Below, piece after piece: positions 19,278-27,685 of a stretch of 64,000 nucleotides of DNA. The notes under the pieces were generated by a model. The model worked only from the letters and a program-made list of their open reading frames with translations. It had not been told where the DNA came from and searched no databases. Position 1 is the first letter of the stretch; each line of letters opens with the position of its first letter. This DNA comes from an uncultured Acidimicrobiaceae bacterium (lineage in GTDB: Bacteria; Actinomycetota; Acidimicrobiia; Spongiisociales; UBA5794): contig CAMYMC010000026.1 of the NCBI GenBank assembly GCA_947259365.1, positions 75,162-139,161 of the forward strand, given 5' to 3'. A program made the translations under genes and the position numbers.

Positions 19278-20410
19278 GCCACCGCCCCCGAGCGGCGCAG
19301 CTCGGAACGCGCCGCGGCGTCGTAGCCGAGCTCGGTGAGCACTTCGTCGGTGTCGGCACCGGGCGCCGGAGCCGGGCCCGGGGTCCGCCCCGGGGTGCGT
19401 TCGAAGCGGGGCGCCGGCGCCGGCTGGACGACGCCGTCGACGGTCACGAAACCGGAGCGGGCCTCGTTGTGGGGGTGGCGGGGTGCGTGCGCCATCGTCA
19501 GCACCGGCGACACGCAGGCGTCGGTGCCGGCGAACACCTCCTCCCATTCCGCCCGCGTCTTCGTCGCGAACACCGCGGCGAAACGCTCGTGGAGCTCGGG
19601 CCATCGCGACACGTCAGCCTGGGCGGGGAGGCCGGCGCCGTCGAGGTCCAGGCCGGCAACGAGCTCGGCGTAGAACTGTGGCTCGAGGGCGCCGACGGCC
19701 ATGAACTCCCCGTCGGCGGTCCGGTAGGTCCTGTAGAACGGCGCCCCCCCATCGAGCACGTTCGCCGCTCGGTCCTCACTCCACCCACCGAGCCCGAAGA
19801 TCTGATAGATCGGCGTCATGAGCGAGGCGGCGCCGTCGATCATCGCTGCGTCGACAACCTGGCCCTCACCGGAGCGCTCCCGCTCGACGAGGGCGGCGAG
19901 GACGCCGAAGGTGAGATAGAGGGCCCCGCCGCCGTAGTCGGCGACGAGGTTGAGCGGGGGCATCGGCGCCTCGGCGGTGCCGATCGCCGCGAGCGGACCC
20001 GAGAGGCCGATGTAGTTGATATCGTGACCGGCCGTCGAGGCGAGCGGGCCCCGCTGGCCCCAGCCGGTCATGCGCCCGTACACGAGCCGCGGGTTCTCCT
20101 CGAGGCATTCCCCGGGGCCGAGCCCGAGCCGCTCCATGACGCCGGGGCGGAACCCTTCGATGAGCACGTCGGCGGCAGCGATGAGGCGCCGGGCGACCGC
20201 GCCTCCGGCGTCGTGCTTCAGGTCGATCGCGATCGACCGCCGCGATCGGCCGACGACCCGGGCCAGCATGTCGGGGAGACGGCCCGGCGCCGGCGCCGTC
20301 CGGTCGATGCGGACGACGTCCGCACCGAGGTCGCCGAGCAGCATGCCGCAGAACGGCACCGGCCCGATCGCCGCCATCTCGACGACCTTCAGCCCTTCGA
20401 GTGGTCCCAT
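19274..20410 (-). CDS. family-III CoA-transferase (CaiB/BaiF; alpha-methylacyl-CoA racemase-like)
   Basis: 378 aa with full-length CaiB/BaiF similarity. Its TGA overlaps the GTG of the downstream deaminase (GTGA). Confidence 0.75.
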   Translation of the reverse strand: MGPLEGLKVVEMAAIGPVPFCGMLLGDLGADVVRIDRTAPAPGRLPDMLARVVGRSRRSIAIDLKHDAGGAVARRLIAAADVLIEGFRPGVMERLGLGPGECLEENPRLVYGRMTGWGQRGPLASTAGHDINYIGLSGPLAAIGTAEAPMPPLNLVADYGGGALYLTFGVLAALVERERSGEGQVVDAAMIDGAASLMTPIYQIFGLGGWSEDRAANVLDGGAPFYRTYRTADGEFMAVGALEPQFYAELVAGLDLDGAGLPAQADVSRWPELHERFAAVFATKTRAEWEEVFAGTDACVSPVLTMAHAPRHPHNEARSGFVTVDGVVQPAPAPRFERTPGRTPGPAPAPGADTDEVLTELGYDAAARSELRRSGAVA

Positions 20411-20465
20411 CGGGCCATGCTACGCAGCCGGTCGCCGTCGTCGGCTCCGGTAACGTTCGACGCTC

Positions 20466-21392
20466 ATGACCAACCCCCTCGTCCAGGCCACCGGGCTCTC
20501 GAAGCGCTTCGGCTCGCTCACCGCGGTCGACGGCATCGACTTCGAGGTCCACCGGGGCGAGGTGTTCGGGTTCCTCGGACCGAACGGCGCCGGCAAGAGC
20601 TCCACGATGCGGATGATCGGAGCGGTTTCGCCACCGACCGCCGGCCGGCTCCTCGTGTTCGGCCTCGACCCCGCCGCGGACGGAGCCCGGATCCGGTCGC
20701 GGCTGGGGGTCGTCCCTCAGGAGGACAACCTCGACCTCCAGCTCCCCGCCGAAGAGAATCTCCTCATCTACGGCAGGTACTTCGACCTGGCGGTGCCGGT
20801 CATCAGAGAGCGCATCGACCGGCTCCTCGCCTTCGCCGAGCTCACCGACCGTCGCAAGGACAAGGTCGACATCCTCTCCGGGGGCATGAAGCGTCGGCTG
20901 ACCATCGCCAGGTCGCTCATCAACGAACCGGACCTCCTCCTCCTCGACGAGCCGACGACCGGCCTCGACCCCCAGGCGAGGCACCTCCTCTGGGACCGCC
21001 TCTACCGCCTCAAACAGCAAGGCGTGACCCTCATCATCACAACCCACTACATGGACGAGGCCGAGCAGCTCTGTGACCGGCTCGTCGTGATGGACAAGGC
21101 GAAGATCGTCGCCGAGGGCTCACCGAAGGAGCTCATCGAGCGCTACTCCACCCGCGAGGTCGTCGAGCTGCGGTTCCCCATCGGCGAACGCGACGCCGCA
21201 CTGGGGCGCCTCGACGGGATCGCCACGCGCACCGAGGTGCTTCCCGATCGCGTCTTGCTCTACACCGACGACGCCGAGCCGACGCTGTCGGAGGTGCACG
21301 GCCTCGGCCTCCGCCCCGAGTCGGTGGTGGAGCGGCGCAGCACCCTCGAAGACGTCTTCTTGCGGCTCACCGGCCGCAGCCTCATCGACTGA
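20466..21392 (+). CDS. ABC transporter ATP-binding protein (ABC-2 / DrrA-like)
   Basis: Walker A GPNGAGKSST, signature LSGGMKRR, Walker B LLLLDEPT. Confidence 0.85.
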   Translation: MTNPLVQATGLSKRFGSLTAVDGIDFEVHRGEVFGFLGPNGAGKSSTMRMIGAVSPPTAGRLLVFGLDPAADGARIRSRLGVVPQEDNLDLQLPAEENLLIYGRYFDLAVPVIRERIDRLLAFAELTDRRKDKVDILSGGMKRRLTIARSLINEPDLLLLDEPTTGLDPQARHLLWDRLYRLKQQGVTLIITTHYMDEAEQLCDRLVVMDKAKIVAEGSPKELIERYSTREVVELRFPIGERDAALGRLDGIATRTEVLPDRVLLYTDDAEPTLSEVHGLGLRPESVVERRSTLEDVFLRLTGRSLID

Positions 21393-22171
21393 TGGCGGCG
21401 GCGACCTCAGTCCGGTTCCTCGAGGGTGAGCTTCGCACGTATCGCAGGCAATGGCGGGCGAGCGTCATCACGACGTTCGTGAACCCCATCTTGTTCCTCG
21501 CCGCGATGGGGCTCGGCGTCGGCAGCCTCGTGGACCGCGGCACCGGAGCCGGTGTGCTCGAGGGGTTCGCCTACGTCACGTACCTGGCTCCGGGCCTCCT
21601 CGCCGCCACGACGATGCAGATCGGGACCGGCGACGCGTCCTGGCCGGTCATGGCCGGGATCAAGTGGGTGCGATCGTACGAGGCGGCCATGGCGACCCCG
21701 GTCGACGTCCGCTCCATCGTCACCGGCCACCTCGGATACATCGCACTCCGATTGCTGTTCACCGCCGTCGTGTACGCCCTCGTCATGGTCGTGCTCGCCT
21801 CGGTGACGGTCGGCGGAGCGCTAGCCGCGGTGGCACCGGGCGTGCTCACGGGGATGGCGTTCGCCGCTCCGGTCATCGCGTACACGTCCCGCCTCGACGG
21901 CCCCGAGGGGCTCAGCTCTCTGTTCCGCTTCGGCATCGTCCCTCTCTATCTGTTCTCCGGGACGTTCTTCCCGGCGTCTCAGCTCCCGGGGTGGCTCGAG
22001 CCGGTGGCGTACGCCACCCCGTTGTGGCACGGCGTCGAACTCACCCGGGCCGCGGCGCTCGGCACCGGGACGACGATCCCCGCCGTCGTCAACATCGCCT
22101 ACCTGGTGGTCTGGGTCGGCGTTGGGACCGTGCTGGCGAGACGGGGGCTGGCCAGGAGGATGGTGACGTGA
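21392..22171 (+). CDS. ABC-2 type transporter permease
   Basis: 259 aa with 6 TM helices. Start overlaps the ATPase stop (TGATG). Confidence 0.75.
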   Translation: MAAATSVRFLEGELRTYRRQWRASVITTFVNPILFLAAMGLGVGSLVDRGTGAGVLEGFAYVTYLAPGLLAATTMQIGTGDASWPVMAGIKWVRSYEAAMATPVDVRSIVTGHLGYIALRLLFTAVVYALVMVVLASVTVGGALAAVAPGVLTGMAFAAPVIAYTSRLDGPEGLSSLFRFGIVPLYLFSGTFFPASQLPGWLEPVAYATPLWHGVELTRAAALGTGTTIPAVVNIAYLVVWVGVGTVLARRGLARRMVT

Positions 22172-22977
22172 CGTCGGGGACGCTGCTGACCCGGATCATG
22201 CCGCCGGTGCGCTTCGGGGGCCGCCGCGCCGGCCACGTAATCGAGCGCAACTTCCGGGTCTACCGCCGGGTCTGGATGGTCGTCGTCTCCGGGTTCTTCG
22301 AGCCGGTGTTCTACCTCTTCTCGATCGGAGTGGGCCTCGGTGAGCTGGTGGGAACGGTGGGCGGGGCCGGCGAAGCCGTGACATACGCCGAGTTCGTTGC
22401 CCCGGCGCTGCTCGCTGCGTCGGCGATGAACGGCGCGGTGGTCGAGTCGACGTTCAACATCTTCTTCAAACTGAAGTTCGAAAAGACCTACGACGGCATG
22501 CTGGCTACGCCGCTCGGGCCCGGCGACATCGCCGTCGGGGAGATCGCCTGGTCGCTCATTCGAGGGGGCCTGTACGCGATCGCCTTCCTCGCCGTTGCCC
22601 TGGTCATGGGCCTCATGCCGTCGTGGTGGGGGCTGCTCGCCGTCCCCGCGGCCCTGCTCATCGGGTTCGCCTTCGCCGCGGTCGGCATGGCGACGACGAC
22701 CTACATGCGGAGCTGGCAGGATTTCGACCTCATCACCCTCGTCACGCTCCCCCTCTTCTTGTTCTCCGCGACGTTCTATCCACTCGACGTCTACCCCGGA
22801 GCGCTCCAGGCGGTCGCGAGGATCTCGCCGCTGTACCACGGCGTGGACCTGATCCGCAGCCTCATGCTCGGCACAATCGATCTCTCACTCCTCGGCCACA
22901 TCGCCTTCCTTGCCGTCATGGGCGCGGCCGGGCTCGTGGTCACGAGCCGGCGGTTCGCGACCCTGCTCCTCCAGTGA
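22168..22977 (+). CDS. ABC-2 type transporter permease (second subunit)
   Basis: GTG at 22168 overlaps the preceding TGA (GTGA). About 269 aa with 6 TM helices. The track ORF from 21451 is an upstream artefact. Confidence 0.7.
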   Translation: MTSGTLLTRIMPPVRFGGRRAGHVIERNFRVYRRVWMVVVSGFFEPVFYLFSIGVGLGELVGTVGGAGEAVTYAEFVAPALLAASAMNGAVVESTFNIFFKLKFEKTYDGMLATPLGPGDIAVGEIAWSLIRGGLYAIAFLAVALVMGLMPSWWGLLAVPAALLIGFAFAAVGMATTTYMRSWQDFDLITLVTLPLFLFSATFYPLDVYPGALQAVARISPLYHGVDLIRSLMLGTIDLSLLGHIAFLAVMGAAGLVVTSRRFATLLLQ

Positions 22978-23017
22978 CGCGAGTCGGCGCCCGACTCCTC
23001 TGGCTACCTTGGTCCCG

Positions 23018-23992
23018 ATGAGCGACGCCGAGGCGCATCTCGCGAGCTACTGGGGAGCCAGGCCGACGTTCGCGGGCGTCCCGGCGGCGAGCCTCGATGC
23101 GCTCGAGACGCCGGATGTGGTGATCCTCGGCTCTCCGATCGACTGGGGTGCCACCTACCGCCCCGGGGCCCGCTTCGGTCCCGGAGCCATCAGGCACGCC
23201 GACTATCTCGGCGAGCCCGGCCGCCCCCATCTCCCCACCGGCATCGATCCGTTCGCGGAGCTGACGGTCGTCGACGTGGGCGACCTCGTCCCCGCACCCG
23301 GCTACCTCGAGGAGTCGCTCGAGATGAACCGGCGAGCGGTGGCTCGCATCGCCGCGACGGGAGCGCTGCCGATCGTCCTCGGCGGCGACCACTCCATCAC
23401 GTACGCCAACGCGTCCGGTCTCGCCGATGTCCTCGGTTCTGGAACGTTCGCGCTCGTCCATTTCGACGCCCACGCCGACACCGCCGAGACCCACATGGGG
23501 GAACACCTCTACGGGCACGGAACGCCCATGCGGCGCCTCGTCGAGAGCGGAGCCGTGCCGGGCAACCGGTTCGCCCAGATCGGTCTCCGCGGCTACTGGC
23601 CGGGTCCGGACGTCGTCGAGTGGATGCGGGAGCAGGGCATGCGCTGGTGGTTGATGACCGAGATCGCCGAACGCGGCCTCGGCCCGGTCATCGAGGAGGC
23701 GATCACCCACGTGTCGCACGGTGTCGACGCCGTGTTCTTGTCGGTCGACATCGACGTCGTCGATCCGGGGATGGCCCCGGGCACCGGGACGCCGGAGCCG
23801 GGCGGGCTCACATCGCGTCAGCTCCTCGACGCCGTGCGCGACATCAGCCGCGCCGTCCGCATCGTCGGCGCCGACGTCGTCGAGGTGAGCCCGCCCTACG
23901 ACGGTCCGGGCGGGGTCACGGCGTTCCTGGCGAACCGGGTCGTCCTCGAGGTGCTCAACGGGATCGCCGAGCGACGACGCGCCGGGCCGTAG
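23018..23992 (+). CDS. arginase/agmatinase-family ureohydrolase (agmatinase / guanidino-acid hydrolase)
   Basis: 324 aa from the ATG at 23018. Mn-binding motifs GGDHS, DAHADT, SVDIDVVDP. Confidence 0.75.
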   Translation: MSDAEAHLASYWGARPTFAGVPAASLDALETPDVVILGSPIDWGATYRPGARFGPGAIRHADYLGEPGRPHLPTGIDPFAELTVVDVGDLVPAPGYLEESLEMNRRAVARIAATGALPIVLGGDHSITYANASGLADVLGSGTFALVHFDAHADTAETHMGEHLYGHGTPMRRLVESGAVPGNRFAQIGLRGYWPGPDVVEWMREQGMRWWLMTEIAERGLGPVIEEAITHVSHGVDAVFLSVDIDVVDPGMAPGTGTPEPGGLTSRQLLDAVRDISRAVRIVGADVVEVSPPYDGPGGVTAFLANRVVLEVLNGIAERRRAGP

Positions 23993-23993
23993 C

Positions 23994-26513
23994 TCAGGAA
24001 CGGACCACGACGGTGTCCCCGGTCACCGGGGAGCGGTCGAGCTCGATGAGGTCCTCGAGACGCTGCCGCAGCTCGGGCACGTGACTCACCACGACGACGA
24101 GGCGGGACCCGGCGCCGGCCGACAGCAGCTCGATGCCCTCCATGGCGAGGTCGAGGTGCTCCGGGTCCAGCGTGCCGAAGCCCTCGTCGAGGAAGAACGC
24201 ATCGAGGCGGCCGCCGGTGCGAGTCACCATCTCGGCGAGGGCCAGGGCGAGACCGAGGGAGGCGAGGAACGTCTCGCCGCCGGAGAGGCTGTCCGCCCTC
24301 CGCACCGCCTCGGCCGCGGTGAGGTCGATGATGCCGAACGACCCGTCCTCGGTGAAGCGATACCGGCCGGACGACAGTCGCTGGAAGTGATCGCTGCCGA
24401 GATCGGCGAGCCGGGCCCGCTCCTCGTCGAGGAGGAATCTGACGAACCGGGCGTCGGTGAGGTCGGCGGCGAGACGCGCGAACGTCTCCCGGCGGGCTTC
24501 GAGCGCCTCGCGCTCGACGACGAGGGCGTCGAGCCCTGCGATCTCGTCGGCATCGCTTCGGATCTCATCTGCGAGCCAGTCCCCTCTCGCCTCCAGCGTG
24601 GCGAGCGCCGTCGGGAGGTCGGTCTCGAGACCGAGGGCGTCGAGTAGCGCATCGCGCTCCCGCTCGGCTGCAGCGAGCGCTTCCGCGGCCGTCGTGCGTT
24701 CGAGACCGAGCGCGGCGCGTTCGTCCCTCCAGCCGCTGCGGAGCGCCTCGGCGGCCGCGGCCACGGTGTCGGGATCGTCGTCGTCGATAGAGGGCGGCTC
24801 GGACCCGAGCCGGGCGGACAGCTCGACGAGGGCCATCGTGATCCCGCCGAGTTCCTTGCCGGCGGCCTGCTGGCGTCTGATCGCCTCGTCGTGGTCGCGG
24901 CGGGCGCGGTCGACGTTACGGCGCGCCTGCGCCACCGCCTCCGTCACGCCGCCGAGCCGGGTCCGGAGCGACCCGAGCTGTTCCACCGGGTCCCCCGTTC
25001 CCAGGATGACGGTGAGTCGCGCAGCGAGCGCCTCGAGCTCCTCGCGGGCGGCTGCGGTGGAGACCGCCGATGCCTCGAGCTCGGTGGCAATGGCCTCCCG
25101 GCTGCGGATCGTGGCTTCGAGACGGGCTCTGGCGCCCTCGAGCGCGGCGATGGCCGACGCCCTCGCCTGCTCGGCGCTCGCCGTCGCCGATCGCGCCGCA
25201 CCCGCCGCCTCCTCCAGCTCTCCGAGTGCGGAGCCGGGCACCGAGTCCGGGACCACGGCCACCGGCTGCTCGCACACCGGGCACGGCGCGTCGGCAGCGA
25301 GTCCCGCCCTGAGTGTCGCCGCCATGTCGGCGTGCTGGGCCTCGTGGAGGGCACCCTCGGCAGCGCGGAGCCGTTCGGCGGCTGCCTCCACGGCTGCTCC
25401 GGCCGCCGCCGCGCCCTTCTCGGCTTCGACGAGCGCGGCCTCGGCGGCGGCAGCAGCAGCGGCCTCGCTCGCTGCTTTCGCCTCGAGGCCCCCAACGCGT
25501 TCGTGGAGCTCGTCGAGTCGCCGCTGCGCCGGCTCGCGGGCTGCGAGCAGCTCGGCGGCCTCCTCGACCCGGGCGGCGATGCCGTCGGCTTCGGCGGCTG
25601 TGAGCGCTTCCTCGGCTGCCGCGAGCTCCTGTTGGGCGGTTTCGAGGGCGGCAGCGAGCTCGGCGCGCGCCGCCCCGGCCGAGACCGCCTCGGCGACCAC
25701 AGCGCCGGTGGCCGGCGGGTCCGGCATCGCGGCCGACATCCCATCGAGCACGATGAGTCGCTCGTCGATCTCGGCCGACCGTGCCCCGATGGCGGCGATC
25801 CGGGCCTCGAGGTCGCCGTGGGCAGGCTCGGATTTGCGGATCGCCTCGATGCGATCCTCGACGTCCGCGCGCTCTCCCTGCCGCTCCGCCAGTCGGCTCG
25901 CCGTGCGCTCCAGCTGTTCCAGGCGCGCCGAGAGAGCTTCGAGGGAGGCGGAGGCCTCGCCCGCCCTGGTCTTGGCGGCCAGCCGCATCGCATCGATCCG
26001 GTCGAGACCGAAGACGCCCTTCAGCACCCCATCCCGCTCCGCCGGCCTCGCCCGGAGGAACTCGGAGAACCGGCCCTGGGCGAGCAGCACGGACCTGGTG
26101 AAGGCGTCGAACTCGAGCCCGAGCAACTCGACGACCCGGGCGTTGACGTCGGCCTCGAGCACGAGCTTGTCGTGCACTTCGGCGTCGGGCTCGTCCGCAG
26201 CGAGCCGGGAGAGCGAGTGCTGGCTCTGGCCGCGCCTGCGCAGAGCCCGGACCGCCTCCCACACCTCTCCGTCGACGACGAACCGCAACGCGACGAGCGC
26301 CCCGTCCGACCGCTGATGGATGAGCGACTTCGTGTTGGCGGCCACCATGGGCGTCTTCCCGTAGAGGGCGAACGACATGGCGTCGAGGATCGAGGACTTC
26401 CCGGCACCGATGGGGCCGACGACGCCGACGAGGCGCCGGTCGCGGAAGTCGAAGACGGCGTCGTCGCCGAAATAGGATCGGAAGTTGCGGATCCGCAGCT
26501 CAAGGGGCCGCAT
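23994..26513 (-). CDS. sbcC: DNA double-strand-break repair ATPase SbcC (Rad50-like)
   Basis: About 839 aa from the internal ATG (MRPLELRIRNFRSY...). Walker A GPIGAGKSS, long Ala/Glu/Arg coiled-coil, zinc-hook CPVC, C-terminal signature and D-loop region. The N-terminal 61 aa of the track ORF is Ser/Thr junk. Confidence 0.85.
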   Translation of the reverse strand: MRPLELRIRNFRSYFGDDAVFDFRDRRLVGVVGPIGAGKSSILDAMSFALYGKTPMVAANTKSLIHQRSDGALVALRFVVDGEVWEAVRALRRRGQSQHSLSRLAADEPDAEVHDKLVLEADVNARVVELLGLEFDAFTRSVLLAQGRFSEFLRARPAERDGVLKGVFGLDRIDAMRLAAKTRAGEASASLEALSARLEQLERTASRLAERQGERADVEDRIEAIRKSEPAHGDLEARIAAIGARSAEIDERLIVLDGMSAAMPDPPATGAVVAEAVSAGAARAELAAALETAQQELAAAEEALTAAEADGIAARVEEAAELLAAREPAQRRLDELHERVGGLEAKAASEAAAAAAAEAALVEAEKGAAAAGAAVEAAAERLRAAEGALHEAQHADMAATLRAGLAADAPCPVCEQPVAVVPDSVPGSALGELEEAAGAARSATASAEQARASAIAALEGARARLEATIRSREAIATELEASAVSTAAAREELEALAARLTVILGTGDPVEQLGSLRTRLGGVTEAVAQARRNVDRARRDHDEAIRRQQAAGKELGGITMALVELSARLGSEPPSIDDDDPDTVAAAAEALRSGWRDERAALGLERTTAAEALAAAERERDALLDALGLETDLPTALATLEARGDWLADEIRSDADEIAGLDALVVEREALEARRETFARLAADLTDARFVRFLLDEERARLADLGSDHFQRLSSGRYRFTEDGSFGIIDLTAAEAVRRADSLSGGETFLASLGLALALAEMVTRTGGRLDAFFLDEGFGTLDPEHLDLAMEGIELLSAGAGSRLVVVVSHVPELRQRLEDLIELDRSPVTGDTVVVRS

Positions 26514-27669
26514 GTCCGACCTCCTCGAGGAGCTCGCGGAAGGCGGCGACGAGCTCGGCGGGTGGCTCCGCGCCCTCGCGCTCGGTGTAGTAGTCGACGA
26601 AGAGCTCGTCGATCGTTCGGTGCGTCCGTGACCGCCGCTCGTCCTCGACCCGTGGGTAGTCGGCGGCGACCTTGACGACGTGGTCGAACTCCTCACGGGC
26701 CCGATCGGCGAGGCCGGGATCCGGGCCGGCGGTGCTCACCGTGAGATCGAGATAGGCCTCCCGCAGGTCGTCGCGGACGAGTAGGTCCTGCCACTCTCCG
26801 GAGGCCCGCACGAGACGCCGCCCGCCGGTGAGCGGCACCGAGCGCACCGCCGCCGGCAGCCCCGGCTCGACATCGACGAGGACCACCCGCTTCTCCTCCC
26901 CTGCCTCGCCGAAGTCGAGCTCGAGGAGGGAGCCGGCGTACTCCGCGGGGACGACGGCTCCGGGGACGGGCTGGGGAGCATGGACGTGCCCCATCGCCAC
27001 GTACTGGGGTCCGGGTGGGATGGCATCCGCAGTCGCCGCGTACGCCTCGCCCATGTGCAGCTCGCGTTCGCCACGAGGAGCGCCGTGTCCGTGGACCCTG
27101 GCGCCACCGACGAGGAAGTGGGCGACGAGGAACGTGACGGCGTCCGTGCCGGCGATGTGCGCGGCGTGGCGGCTGTAGGCCTCCGAGATGTGGCGGAGCC
27201 GGTCGGCGTAGCGCTTGTACCACTCGTCGGCTGCGGCGACGAAGTCGACGACCCTGCCCTCGCGCAGGAACGGGAAACAGCTCACCACTGTCCGCCCCCC
27301 TGCGGTCTCGAGCTCGAGCACCGCCCCCTCGTCGGGGCGCTTGATGTCGCCGACGAGGTGGATGTTGGCCCCCCTGAGGAAGGGTGCGAGCGCCTCGAAG
27401 AGCTGGGGCGAGTCGTGGTTGCCGGCGATGACGACGACCGGCCGCCGGCCGGAGTCGGCGAGCATCGCCAGGCCGCCGAACGCGATGTCGAGCGCGTCGA
27501 CGGGGGGAACGGGTCGATCGAAGAGGTCGCCCGAGTGCAGCACGACGTCGACCTGTTCCCGGTCGGCGATGGCGGCCACCTCGGCGATGACCTCGCGGTA
27601 CTCGTCGCTGCGTCCGTACCGGCCGACGCGCTTGCCGACGTGCCAGTCGGACGTGTGGAGGGCCCTCAC
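26500..27669 (-). CDS. sbcD: nuclease SbcD (Mre11-like calcineurin-fold phosphoesterase)
   Basis: MRALHTSDWHVG, GDLFD, GNHD phosphoesterase motifs. 14-nt overlap with the sbcC start. Confidence 0.85.
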   Translation of the reverse strand: MRALHTSDWHVGKRVGRYGRSDEYREVIAEVAAIADREQVDVVLHSGDLFDRPVPPVDALDIAFGGLAMLADSGRRPVVVIAGNHDSPQLFEALAPFLRGANIHLVGDIKRPDEGAVLELETAGGRTVVSCFPFLREGRVVDFVAAADEWYKRYADRLRHISEAYSRHAAHIAGTDAVTFLVAHFLVGGARVHGHGAPRGERELHMGEAYAATADAIPPGPQYVAMGHVHAPQPVPGAVVPAEYAGSLLELDFGEAGEEKRVVLVDVEPGLPAAVRSVPLTGGRRLVRASGEWQDLLVRDDLREAYLDLTVSTAGPDPGLADRAREEFDHVVKVAADYPRVEDERRSRTHRTIDELFVDYYTEREGAEPPAELVAAFRELLEEVGHAAP

Positions 27670-27685
27670 CTCGGCCTCGCCGCGG

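Noticed and set aside
24457-26675. Several 350-620-aa ORFs on both strands inside sbcC (24457-26316, 24891-26675, 24916-26262, 24944-25993)
   Set aside because: Low-complexity Ala/Ser/Arg/Pro products generated by the GC-rich coiled-coil coding region of sbcC. No domains.
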